In this document: in pieces, positions 1 to 11,546 of the stretch
Numbering within the stretch: position 1 is the stretch's first letter
Layout of the letters: the number at the start of each line of letters is the position of its first letter
NCBI GenBank assembly: GCA_951406725.2
Contig: OX597838.1
Coordinates: 45,260,001 to 45,324,000, forward strand
From: Octopus vulgaris
Taxonomy: Eukaryota
Direction: 5' to 3'
DNA length: 64,000 nucleotides
The notes under the pieces: generated by a model
Databases searched by the model: none
Told to the model about the DNA's origin: nothing
What the model saw: the letters and a program-made list of their open reading frames with translations, nothing else
Program-made: the position numbers and the translations under genes

Positions 1-689
1 TTGTGGATCTTAGGTATACCGTAGAATTGGCTAGTTTTACTTGTGAAATTGGTCATATAATCATATTCTTTGTCGGTGAGCCCTGCTTTGTATGGGTTTA
101 ATATGGATTTTAGTTTCCTCATTATTTTTTGTTGACTGTAGTTTTGTGCCTTTTCATAGTATGTTGTGTCTTCCAGCATAGAAAGTACCAAAGTTATGTA
201 AAATGTCGTATCCATTAAGACAACAGCACTCCCTTTATCGGCCTCTTTGATTGTTATTGTTTTATCTAGTTTTAATTTGTTCAACTCAGCCCATTCTTTT
301 TTGCTGAAGTTTGGTTTGTGTTTTTGTTTGTGCATATGTTGATATGGGTAATTTGATATGTGGTCACAGAAATCATCAAGTGTTTTATTCTTACCTTTCG
401 AGGGGGTGTAGTTACTCCTATTTCTGGCTAACGATTCGTCCTCGTTGTATTTATCGTATAGCTCCTCAGTAAGTCTTAATTTTCTGCAGAATTCTGCGAT
501 GTCTTCTTTCATTTCATTGTAGTTGGGGTGTTGTGGGGTGGGTGTAAACTTGAGTCCTTTGGAAAGTATGTTTATTTGGTTTGCTGTTATTTCCTTGTGA
601 GTTAGATTAATAATTTTTATTACTTTTGGTTCCTCCTGCTTGTTTGGTGCTATCTTGTGTCTCTGTGTTTGCGTATTGGGTCTAAAAAA
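1..689 (-). CDS. Penelope-like element reverse transcriptase ORF, N-terminal part (runs off window start); in -1 frame relative to ORF1
   Basis: Manual translation of the minus strand: RPNTQ...KVIKIINLT...ILSKGLKFTPTP...IKEADKGSAVVLMD...FYGIPKIH, the typical N-terminal motifs of PLE RTs. Not in the ORF track because it has no stop inside the window. Confidence 0.9.
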
Positions 690-1885
690 TGAATGCGGTG
701 GTTGGGACGGTAGCTAGTATATAGTTGTTCTTTGTTGATTAGGGGTCTCCTGTTGTGATTTGTGGTGTGTGTTCTTGGAGCAGTATTGAGGAGAGCATCC
801 CGATATCCCATATTCGGGTGTGGTGTTCTAGGAGGCCTTCGTTGGTAATCATTGCAAGTGGTGTGGGTTTGTTGTGCATGGTTGTTTAACCGGTTAATGG
901 GACGAAGATTTCGTTGGTAACTCCTTTGGGTGGGGATGAGGTTGCAGTGTCTATGCTGTGGGTGTTGATTTATCCTTTCTCTGCTTGAAGTGGGGGTATT
1001 CCTGATATTGTATCGCTGGCTGCTTACAGAGTTGGGGTTAGGTCCTGTATTCTTTTTTTGATAGTAGTGAAGGTTCCGATTTTTAGACAGGTGTGTATCG
1101 GTGTTTGGGTGTTGTTTTGGTTTTCTTATTTTCTGGAAAGGGTTGTTGGAGGCGTGCTCTGTTTGAAAGACGGCTTCATAGTCTGAGAACCAAGTGGCGC
1201 TTTTCTCCCAGCGTTGGAGAGATTTTAGTTCTTCTTTTTCACAGTCCTCTTTCCATAGTTTGGAGAACTTCTCTTGATCTGGGCCTTGGGTCATTTTGCG
1301 AATTTCTTCGTTGATATCTTCATCGGTGGATTTTATTTTATCCTCATTCGTTTGGGCCCTCAATTTCAGAAGTTCTATTTCCATTTTCATTTTTTCCAGT
1401 GCCATTCTCTCCCTGAGGTGTCTTTGTGTTTCAGGTTCTTCTGTAATAGCTTTGAACTGGAATTTACGTGGGAGGATTAACGGGGTCCGGTTGAGCCATT
1501 TTTCGTATATATCCGCTTTGTTGTTGTTTTGGATCATCTTCCAAAAGGCGAACTTTCTATCTCTGAGTGATTTGTTCCATTGTGGTATTATGTGGTGTTT
1601 CATTTGGTATGTTGTTAGAGTATTGATCCCATATATTGACGCGTTTGGAGGTCCTTGGTTAGCGTTGTTAGAGAAAAATGTTCTAATTGTTTCGCATAAG
1701 TTTCCAAGGTTTTCGACAATTTCGGAGGTTGTATTTTTCGTATCTGTTTCTTCATTGTTCTCTCGATTGGGTTGAAGTGTCGAGTCGAATTTGTTCAAAA
1801 AAGTTGACAAATTTGTGTTGATTTTCTTGAGTTCTTTCAGTATTTCTTCGTTTATGGAGGTGATTGTGTCTGTTTTTGTCGGCAT
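650..1885 (-). CDS. PLE ORF1: coiled-coil N-terminal half plus basic Q/R/P/N-rich disordered C-terminus
   Basis: Uninterrupted ORF (428 aa in the track; first ATG at 1885, MPTKTD). It overlaps the RT frame and contains heptad-like E/K/L runs (ERMALEKMKMEIELLKLRAQ). Confidence 0.75.
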   Translation of the reverse strand: MPTKTDTITSINEEILKELKKINTNLSTFLNKFDSTLQPNRENNEETDTKNTTSEIVENLGNLCETIRTFFSNNANQGPPNASIYGINTLTTYQMKHHIIPQWNKSLRDRKFAFWKMIQNNNKADIYEKWLNRTPLILPRKFQFKAITEEPETQRHLRERMALEKMKMEIELLKLRAQTNEDKIKSTDEDINEEIRKMTQGPDQEKFSKLWKEDCEKEELKSLQRWEKSATWFSDYEAVFQTEHASNNPFQKIRKPKQHPNTDTHLSKNRNLHYYQKKNTGPNPNSVSSQRYNIRNTPTSSRERINQHPQHRHCNLIPTQRSYQRNLRPINRLNNHAQQTHTTCNDYQRRPPRTPHPNMGYRDALLNTAPRTHTTNHNRRPLINKEQLYTSYRPNHRIHFLDPIRKHRDTR

Positions 1886-2005
1886 TTTCTGTATCTCGTG
1901 TGGGTTAATGATATGTATAAGGGTGAAAAGGAACACACGAGTTGATATATATGAAAAAACAAGTAAAAAATAGAAAATGCTAAAATAATTTTATAGTGAA
2001 CATTT

Positions 2006-2043
2006 CAGTACCGGTTTCGGTCATTTTGAGACCTTTTCAACTG
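2006..2043 (-). ncRNA. Minimal type I hammerhead ribozyme (U3-A8 core variant) in the PLE pseudo-LTR
   Basis: Minus strand reads CAG-TTGAAAA-GGTC-tcaaaat-GACC-GAAA-CCGG-TA-CTG: stem I CAG/CTG, stem II GGTC/GACC, palindromic stem III ACCGGT, GUA cleavage triplet. Confidence 0.75.
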
Positions 2044-2391
2044 TAACGATTAAATAATTAAATTTAGAAAAATTAGAAGAAAAGTTTTTTTAAAAGAATA
2101 TTTCTATAGTAGTGTTCAGATTTAAGTGGCATTCTGCCTTTCTCTGACTCCCTTGTTTGCACTTGTGTGTTCGAGGTAGTTGTGAGTTCTTGGTAGGGTA
2201 GTAGAGGGAAGGCTGGTGAGGAAAGGGGGTGGGAGAATCTGGGAGTGCCCTGATGGTCGTATTTTGAATGGTCAGTGGCGGCTGGCAGTCTCAGTTCAAT
2301 TCAGGAGAATATTTATATTGACAGGCTTGTTTATAGAATTAGCGTAGGTGTTATACTAAAAAACATTAGTGACAAACTTAAGGGGTAGGGG

Positions 2392-2650
2392 GTGGAGAAG
2401 AAGAAGAAGAAGAAGAAGAAGAAGAAGAAGAAGAAGGAGAAGGAGAAGATGATGGTGATGGTGGTGATGATTATGACGACGATGATGATGATAACGATGA
2501 TGAAGAAGAAGAAGAAGAAGAAGAAGAAGAAGAAGAAGAAGAAGAAGAAGGAGGAGGAGGAGAAGGAGAAGATGGTGGTGATGATGGTGGTGATGATGAT
2601 GACGCCGATGATGATGATAACGATGATGATGAAGAAGAAGAAGAAGAAAA
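2392..2650. repeat. Compound (GAA)n/(GAT)n trinucleotide tract, itself tandemly duplicated, within the PLE UTR
   Basis: Two successive GAA-run plus GAT/GGT-run blocks. Confidence 0.9.
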
Positions 2651-2781
2651 AAACAGAGAAGGGAGAATATGAATGGGTGTAAATATAGCTATGAAGGGGC
2701 TGATTAGTAATGGATTCTATGGAGTGTAGTATTTGTGTGTGTATATATATTTTTTTCCTTTTATTCTAAAGTTGAGGTATA

Positions 2782-3451
2782 TTAATTGTTTGTCGTAGAC
2801 CCGTTAAGAAGTGGCTTGTATTTTGTAATAAAGAGATTTTCTTTACTTATTCTTTGTCTCGAGGTTGTATCGTCCCTAAATTGGTAGAGGGGGAAAATTC
2901 TGAAGTTTGGTGTTTTTTTGTTGGCGCAAGTATCTATGTGTTGGCTAAAAGCTATTTTTCTGTTTTGGGGAATTTTTATCTGGGATCTGTGCAGGGCCAT
3001 TCGTTTACGCAAACCATTTTTTGTTTGGCCTATGTACTGCTCTTGACACCCGGAGCAGGTTAGTGAGTATATTAGGTTCTCCGAAGCACATGTGAAGTTG
3101 CTTTTCACTGTAAACCGTTGTCCCTGTTTGAAGGAGAACTCAGAACCCTCGATTAGATAGTCGCATATCCCGCAATTGGGTCTTCCACATTTTTTTACTG
3201 TCGGCTTCTGTGTTGAAGAGTGAATTCGGGCTTGTGTAAGGAGACTTTTCATGGATCTAGGCTGTCTTTTGCTTTTTATGATCGTGTGTGTTTGGAGGAT
3301 TGTGTTCATTCTGTGGTCTTTTTTTAGGAGGGGTATGTTGTGGAGGATGGTGTCGAAGGCTTCGTTATTGAGAGGGTTGTGTGTGGAGATGTATGGTAAG
3401 GCTTTTGGTTGTAAGTTTTTCTTTGATTTGGGATGTCTCAGTTCCTTGATG

Positions 3452-3452
<1 letters not shown>
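2782..3452 (-). mobile_element. PLE 3' fragment: Cys-rich linker plus GIY-YIG endonuclease, upstream partial-tandem copy (pseudo-LTR) of the element at 1-1940
   Basis: [12 protein letters not shown]...[25 protein letters not shown]...RMALH...[14 protein letters not shown]. The 5' end is truncated in (TA)n at about 3452. Confidence 0.9.
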
Positions 3453-3525
<73 letters not shown>

Positions 3526-3672
3526 GATTGAGAGAAACACAAAGAGAGAGGGGTGGGGGAGAAAATGATGCAGATAATCAAATGAAAATGCTTGAATTTG
3601 ATGTACAAAATATATGTACGTAGAAAGAAGGCAAAGACTGAAAAATTTCAGGCGATGAATATTCAGATATAA

Positions 3673-3762
<90 letters not shown>

Positions 3763-3764
<2 letters not shown>

Positions 3765-4206
3765 TCCTTTACTCTTTTACTCTTTTACTTGATTCAGTCA
3801 TTTGATTGCGGCCATGCTGGAGCACCGCCTTTAGTCGAGCAACTCGTTCCCGGGACTTATTCTTTTGTAAGCCCAGTACTTATTCTATCGGTCTCTTTTG
3901 CCGAACCGCTAGGTAACAGGAACAAAAACACACCAGCATCGGTTGTCAAGCAATGCTAGGGGGACAAACACAGACACACAAACACACAAACACACAAACA
4001 CACAAACACACAAACACACACAATGTATATATATACATATATACGACAGGCTTCTTTCAGTTTCCGTCTACCAAATCCACTCACAAGGCTTTTTTCGGCC
4101 CGAGGCTATAATATAAGACACTTGCCCAAGATGCCACGCACTGGGGCTGAACCCGGAACCATGTGGTTGGTAAACAAGCTACTTACCACACAGCCACTCC
4201 TGCGCC
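3763..4206 (-). mobile_element. tRNA-derived SINE, family A (GGCGCAGGAGTGGCTGTGTGGTAAG head; AAAAGAGT tail)
   Basis: A/B-box-like head, internal CA/TA microsatellite, near-identical copies at 21265 and 29190, flanked by (TA)n. Confidence 0.85.
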
Positions 4207-4334
<128 letters not shown>

Positions 4335-4347
4335 CATATATATATAT

Positions 4348-6675
4348 AACTTAGAATAACTTAGAAAAGTTTTGGCCAGTATTGGCCCACGCTAACTTAA
4401 TAGCACCACCTGGCGAAGTCTTTCAATTCAGGATTTGGGCACCAAGGCCAATTCGAGCAGAGAGTTATTGTTTGCGGAGACATATCCGGGTGTGGGTGGT
4501 TTGTCCGAGACTGTTTGAAGGAATTTGTCCAAAGACTTCTTGAATTTTGTGTGGTCAGTTTCTTTTTTGACGTGTCCTGGTGTAATGTTGAAGAGAGCGG
4601 GTCCAATTGAATTGAGGTGAAATTGTTGTGCCGTATTGTCGTTATGTGATGCGATTTAGATTTTTGTTGTGGACGGATGGCACGTGGTCCAAGCCTTAGA
4701 TGTATTTTCAAGGTGATGCCAATATCATTCGGACAGTGCTGATGGAATATTTTCCACATCATACAGATAATGTAGCGTTCACGGCGTCGTTGGAGTGAAT
4801 ACAGTTTCAGCTTCTCTAGTCTACCCCAGTAGTCAAGGTCTGACATGCCATCTATCTTTTTTGTGATTGACCTTTGGGGAGCTTCAATTCTCATAATATT
4901 TTGTTTTGTGTAGGGAGACCACAGTGGACAGCAGTATTCAAGGTGAGGTTGGGCAAAAGTGGAGAAAAGAAGGTTCTGAGAATCCAGGAACACATTCTGC
5001 GGGCCATGTCAACTTTGCTGCTTATATGTGTAGCCCAGCTTATGTTGTTGTCCACTGTTACTCCCAAGTCTCTGATGTTGTTGGATGCCATGAGAATTTC
5101 TCCAGAAGGAAGAGAGTATGGGAGTTTCAAAGCGTCCTCCCTTCTAAAGTGGATCAGTTCGAATTTGTCTTCATTTAGCAACATGTTATTCTTTTCCGAC
5201 CATTGGACAACAGCCAGTAGGTCTGACTGAAGGCTTATTCGGTCATCCACGCCATTGATGACCTTCTGGAGCTTGGAATCATCAGCGAAGGTTCTGATGT
5301 TACTGTGTTTGATGTTGTCAGTAATATCATTTATGTAGATGATGAAGAGAAGTGGGCCCAACACAGTGCCTTGTGGAACACCACTGCTGACTTTGGCTGG
5401 GCTGGATTTGACTCCTTCGACTACAACATGTTGGGTTCTGTTAGACTGGAAGCACTTGATCCACTGCAGCAGCTTTCCAGTGACACCAATATTGGACAGC
5501 TTTCTCAGAAGGATCTTATGATCAACCCTGTCAAAGGCCTTGCTGAAATCAAGGTAGATGACATCAGTGTTGGAACCCGCTCCCAAGGCTCTCAAAATGT
5601 CATCAAAATGATGCATTAGCTGCGTCAGGCAATCTCTCCCATTACGGAATCCATGCTGGTTGGAGTTCAGCATATTATGACTCTCAAGGAAGTGAGTCAT
5701 ACGCGATCTCAGCACTCTCTCAAATACCTTAATGATATGAGAGGTGAGTGAGATTGGACGGTAATTCACGGCAAGCGATTTGGTTCCTTTTTTGAAAACT
5801 GGGACAACAGACTGGGACAGAAGGTCTTCTGGTATATATCCAGCATCCAGTGAATTCCGCCACAGATTGGCTAGAGGGGGTGCAAGTTGGTTTTGACACA
5901 TCTTCAAGACACAAGCAGGGAACCTATCGGGACCTACTGCTGAATTATGCTTCATTTCCTTTATTGCTGCTAAGACATCAGGAGCACCAAAGGTTATGTC
6001 CGATAAAGTATATTGGGGAGTAACATCACTGATACAGCCCAGATCAGTCATATCAGGATTGCTGAAAACAGAGCCATATTGTTTCTGCAATATCTCTCCC
6101 ATGGTTTTGGCATTGTCTTGAAGAGTACCATTTTCATCAATCAGAGGGCCAACAGTAGAACCAGTGACTCTGTGTTTTTTTGCAAATGAAAAGAACTCTT
6201 TGGGATTGAGTTTGATCTTCTCAATGGCCCAGGCCTCTTCAGCTCTTCGCTGACTATTGATGATAGACATCATGTTGTTTTGGAGTTTATGTTTTTTAAC
6301 CTCTAGCGACGAGATGGCAGTCAGGTTGGTGTGTTGCTGTTGACAGTATTTCAGCTTGTTGATTTTTTTGTTAATTCTTTTAATTTTCCTGATGAGAGAT
6401 TTTCTATTCGACACTTAGATTTGTTTGCAGATCTTAATGGGGTGTGTTTAGCACATATGTTCGTAATGGTGTCTACAAATGACTGCCAGGACTTTTTGAT
6501 GTTAGTGGGTGTGTATGTGTGCGTGAAGGACCAATCGACTTGTGCAAGATCATTATTGATCGCTTCCCAGTTTGCATTGTGGAAATCCATAGTGTCAAAT
6601 GGATGAACAGGAGGGATGACATTTGTTTTGTATTTTGGCCAGTGAAATCTCAGATCACAGAGAACCATGTCATGA
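4348..6675 (-). mobile_element. CR1-type LINE, 5'-truncated, frameshifted ORF2 (RT)
   Basis: NYRPISLTSH, QHGFR, YLDFSKAFDRVDH, SGVPQGTVLGPLLF, FADDSKL, PHLEYCCPLWSP, LYSLQRRRERY; ORF pieces 6351-6675, 4891-6414, 4397-4993; short-repeat 3' tail (TTCTAAGTTA). Confidence 0.9.
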
Positions 6676-7229
6676 TATATATATATATATATATTAACAG
6701 GGCAAACTTGTACAGAGTACAAAGACAGAAAAATAAAGGCGAAAAGGTAATGATGCGCCATCTGTATATCTATAGAGATAGTCATACTTCAATATTCATT
6801 GTCTGAAAATGTTCAGTCTATATTGTTGCTGTTTACATGAATACATGCATATATATTTTGTATGTCAAACACAATCAATTTGATTCGCTTATTTGCATCA
6901 TTGTCTGCTTGCCTGCTTGTCTGAATTCCTCTTATAGCTACTCTTTGCCCTGCAAACTTGGCTCCGAGTAAAGCTTTCGGAGTGTTGGTTCAAATCATTT
7001 GAGTGCTACAAACTGTTTTCTATATTGTGCTTCTATATTGAGCACCTCGGGATTTCTTCTGTATATATATGTGTGTGTTTGTGTGTGTGTTGTGTGTGTG
7101 TGTCTGTCTGTCTGTGTGTGTCTGTCTGTCTGTGTGTGTGTATGTGTGTGTGTATGTGTATGTGTCTGTGTGTGTGTGTCTGTGTGTGTGTGATTGAGTG
7201 TGTGCCTGTGTGTTTGTGTGTGTGTATGT

Positions 7230-7400
7230 ATTAGCAGTATTTCGTCTGTCTTTACATTCTGAGTTCAAATTCCGCCGAGGTCGACTTTGCCTTTCATCCT
7301 TTCGAGGTCGATAAATTAAGTACCAGTTGCGTACTAGCGTCGATCTAATCGACTGGCCCCCTCCTCGAAAATCTCGGGCCATGTGCCTAGAGTATAGAAG
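7230..7400 (+). mobile_element. SINE family B fragment (GAGTTCAAATTCCGCCGAGGTCGACTTTGCCTTTCATCC core)
   Basis: Same core recurs at about 11660-11860, 18885-19030, 28690-28825, 29840-29995(-), 47704-47915 and 59779-60157. Confidence 0.75.
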
Positions 7401-7455
7401 ATATAAATATATATATATGTCTGTATGTATGTATATATGCATATATATATACATA

Positions 7456-7660
7456 CAGGGTGGCCCAAAAGTAGGTTTACAGTTATTCAACTATCTCTTT
7501 CACATTCATATATTAACAGTTTTGATCTTAATTAAAAAACATATAAAACCATTATTCCATGCTAATTTTGTTAATCATAGGATAGAAATTTAAACGTATG
7601 TTTTAAAAGAAATTTAAAGAGCCTACGTGATAAAAGTAAACCTACTTTAGGGCCATCCTC
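7456..7660. mobile_element. Tc1/mariner-type MITE (~205 bp)
   Basis: TIRs CAGGGTGGCCCAAAAGTAGGTTTAC (7456-7480) and GTAAACCTACTTTAGGGCCATCCT (7636-7659); TA on the left flank. Confidence 0.75.
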
Positions 7661-10217
7661 AGTTGAAAACACTCTCCTCTCAGACCACGACATCGTACTC
7701 TGCAATTTTAATTCCCGGCAAATCAAAACCAAACCAGCCAATACCACTCCATGGCACTCATTTGACAACATAAACTTCCACAAAGAGGACTGGGGAGCAA
7801 TCAGAAAGGATCTGTCTTTCATCGACTGGTCTTTTACTCTCGATCCCACCCAAATTGAGACCGCATGGCAGCACTTTGAGAACATTGTCACCTATACATG
7901 CTCAAAACACGCTCCGATGAAATCCACTAACACAAACAGAAACCGCCTCCCTAAAAAGAAAAAAACACTCATCAGGCGCATCAAAAGACTCAATAAAAAA
8001 ATCAACCAATTAAAATATTCCTACATACAACATCCACATTCAACAACAATGAAAAGGCTGGAGTTGGAAAAACTTCATCTGCAGACCGACATGAAAACCT
8101 CCATTGAAAATCAAAGAGCTGTGGAGGAACAGTCGGTAATCGAAAACATCAAACAGAACCCAAAAGTGTTCTATTCTTATGCAAATAAGCATAGAACCAC
8201 TGTCTCACCCATTGGGCCATTGATTGATGATAACGGCATTCCCCAACACGATGCTAAAGAAATGGCAGAAATACTGCAGAAACAATACTGCTCTGTCTTT
8301 AGTGTTCCCACTAATATTGACGTAAGAGAAAGCGAACGAAGTTGATTCCCAACATAAAATCTCAGACATAACCTTCACTGCCTCTGACATCATAGCAGCA
8401 ATAAATGAGGTCAAATACTATTCTGCTGTATGCCCTGATAGATTCCCCGTTAGTCTCCTGAAGGAATGTAGATACCAACTTGCAGTCCCTCTGACCAACC
8501 TCTGGAGAAATTCGTTAGACGCAGGTTATATACCGAAACAGCTTCTATCCCAGTCTGTCATCCCGGTTTTCAAACAGGGAAACAGATCCCTCGCAGTCAA
8601 CTATCGCCCAATCTCACTCACCTCCCACATCATTAAAGTGTTTGAAAGAGTGTTAAGATCAAGGATAGCTGACTTCCTGGAGACCCACAAACTCCTAAAT
8701 GAAAATCAGCATGGCTTTCGCTGTGGCAGGGACTCTCTAACACAGCTCTTACACCACATTGAAGATATACTTAAAGCCTTGAGAACAGGTTCGAATTCTG
8801 ATGTCATATATCTTGACTTCAGTAAAGCGTTCGACAGGGTAGACCATAGTATCCTACTCTCAAAATTGGCACATTTTGGAATCCGTGGAAAACTTCTACA
8901 ATGGATTTCCTGGCGAATAGAACACAACATGTTGTAGTCGAAGGAGACCACTCAAGCCCAGCAAAAGTCACCAGCGGTGTTCCCCAGGGGACTGTCTTGG
9001 GCCCGCTACTCATTATAATTTGCATAAACGACCTTTCCAGTGTCGTACATTACTGCAAAGTGAAAATATTTGCTGATGACACTAAGCTCCAGCAAATCGT
9101 CAATGAAGAAGCAGACCGAACTCAACTCCAGTCTGATCTATACGCTGTGAGTCAATGGGCAGACAGAAACAAAATGCAACTGAACGAGGGAAAATTTGAG
9201 CTGATGCATTTTGGAAGAAATTCCACACTAAAACAGCCATACTCTCTTCCTTCGGGGGAACCGCTCACAGCCTCTAACAATATCAGAGACCTGAGCGTAA
9301 TTGTTGATGATCTCAGTTGGAGTGCACACATCAACAATAAGGTCGATATAGCTCGTAGTTCCTGGATCTTAAGAACTTATCGGTCCAGAGAACAAGGTGT
9401 CATCATACCACTTTTCTCCTCCTTTGTTCGGCCACACCTCGAATACTGCTGCCCACTGTGGTCTCCCAATACAAGACAAAACATCTCGAGGATTGAATCA
9501 CCCCAGAGGGCACTCACTAAACGAATTGAAGGCATAGCTGTTCTCGATTATTGGGACCGCCTTAAAGCCTTGAAACTCTACTCCCTCCAGCGTCGCCGTG
9601 AGCGGTACATCATTTGTACGAATTGGAGAATATACCGCCAACTTTGCCCAAATGACCTGAACATTAGCTTCAAGGTTCATCCAAGACTGGGACCACGGGC
9701 CATACGTCCCCTGCCCAATTCAAGATCACAGCATACATGTACACTGCAACATAATTTCTTTTCCTCAACAGGTCCTGCCCTATTTAACATTGTCCCGAAA
9801 GAGATCAAAGAGGAAAAGGATCCCATCAACTTTAAACGGAGTCTGGATAGATTCCTTCAAGGAATACCAGATAAGCCACAGTAGTACTTTACTGGTACTT
9901 TATTTTATCAGTTCCGATATGATGAAAAGTGGAAGGTAAAGTTGACTACAGTGGGTGTTGGTCTCAGAGCATAAAGAGTTCAACAAAACATCACATGGCA
10001 TTTTGTCCGACATCTTAACATTCTCGTAAATACCACCCCTTGTTTTGCAAATAATATTATACAACTCACCCAACAAAAACTCGCTACTTAAATGGACCAT
10101 AAACAAAACTTGACTTAAACAGGATTTAGATAATCCTATCAGGTGGTGCTATTAAGTTAGACATGGCCTGGACCAATCGACCAAAGATTGGTCGAAACCT
10201 ATCTAAGTTTATCTAAG

Positions 10218-10220
<3 letters not shown>
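7661..10220 (+). mobile_element. CR1-type LINE, second subfamily, 5'-truncated, frameshifted ORF2
   Basis: Starts at LLSDHDIVLC (end of APE domain); RT motifs YLDFSKAFDRVDH, GVPQGTVLGP, FADDTKL. Shares the 3' end CAGGTGGTGCTATTAAGTTAG with the 4348 copy. A decayed SINE-B lies in antisense at about 9881-10030. Confidence 0.9.
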
Positions 10221-10272
<52 letters not shown>

Positions 10273-10789
10273 AGAGAGAGAGAGAGGAGGGAGAGAGAGA
10301 GAGAGGGAGATTTGTTATATACACTAGAGGATCGACAAATAATGATGTAAGTACCAGAAGTGCTACGTACCAATAAAGTACTACGGTCGATGGCATCGAG
10401 CTAAGTCTCTCAGTCATGTAATGTTTTATTCCAAACCTTGACGTTCGACGTTCAAATGCAGCCAAGTTAACTTTGCCATTCGTTATTTCTTGATCGATAA
10501 AATTCAAGCACCAGTCCCATACTCCGGACAACAGACTCTTATCGATTAACCCCTTCTCAAAATTGCTGTTTGTACGTAAATCAGAAACTTTTACATGGTG
10601 TTTGCCAACGGCAGTTATTGTAACGGAGGTAATCACTTTTAGACTAAGCATGGCGGCGTTTAATGTTTGGATTTTGAATCAAAAAGTAACAACGAAGACA
10701 AGATACACAGAATATACGCATCTAAATACTTCATTTTTCTTTCTACCCATTACGAAGATCTTAAATTCTTTTCCGTCTAATGGTTGGGA

Positions 10790-11165
10790 TTCCCAGAAAT
10801 CACCCAGGCGTCCCGGGTTCAGTGCCACTGCATGGCACCTTCGGTAAGTATTTTCTACTAAAGCCTTGCACCAACCAAAGCCTTGTGAGTGGATTTTAGT
10901 AAACGGAAGCTGAAAAATGCCCGTCGTATCTGTGTGTGTGTGTGTGTGTGCATCTGTCTGTCTAATTGTTTGTCTTTGTGTCCCCTTACACCGGTTGACG
11001 ACCAGTGTTGTTTCTTTACGTCCTCGTAACTTAAAGGTTCAACAAAAAAAAACGCCGACAGAATAAGTGCCAGGCTTAAAAGTCCTAAGATCGATTTCTT
11101 CGATTATAACCCTTCAAGTCGGTACCCTCAGCATGGCCGCAGTCTAACGATTGAAACAAGTAGAT
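10790..11165 (+). mobile_element. Decayed SINE family A
   Basis: GGGTTCAGTGCCACTGCATGGCACCTT...CAGCATGGCCGCAGTC...GAAACAAGTA matches other copies. Confidence 0.7.
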
Positions 11166-11246
11166 GGCAATAGATAAGTAGCCATGTATAAAGACATTTA
11201 AAAAAATTTTGAAATCATCAGCACGGCATAGCCCTAGGCAAATAAA

Positions 11247-11546
11247 AAACGATAAACGTCGCCTTTTTGAAACCTAGCCAGGCTCATGGGCCCGGTTCCC
11301 GGTTTCTGTGGAGCATGTGCTCCCCCCAGCTGGATGGGACGCCAGTCCATCGCAGTGTTCCTCAAGAAACAGGAAGAGAGAGTGAGAGAACGTTGTGGCG
11401 AAAGAGTACAACAGGGGTCGCCACCACCACCCCTGCTTTTAGGTGTTTTCGCTCAATAAACACACACAATGCCCGATCTGGGAATCAAAACCGCAGTTCT
11501 CCGACCGCGAGTCCGCTGCCCTAACCACTGGGCCATTGCGCCTCCA
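11247..11546 (-). mobile_element. tRNA-derived SINE, family C, with 15-bp target site duplication
   Basis: Head TGGAGGCGCAATGGCCCAGTGGTTAGG (A box) and a B-box-like GGTTTTGATTCC. Exact TSD CCCTAGGCAAATAAA at 11232-11246 and 11547-11561. Decayed relative at about 39643-39870 (+). Confidence 0.85.
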
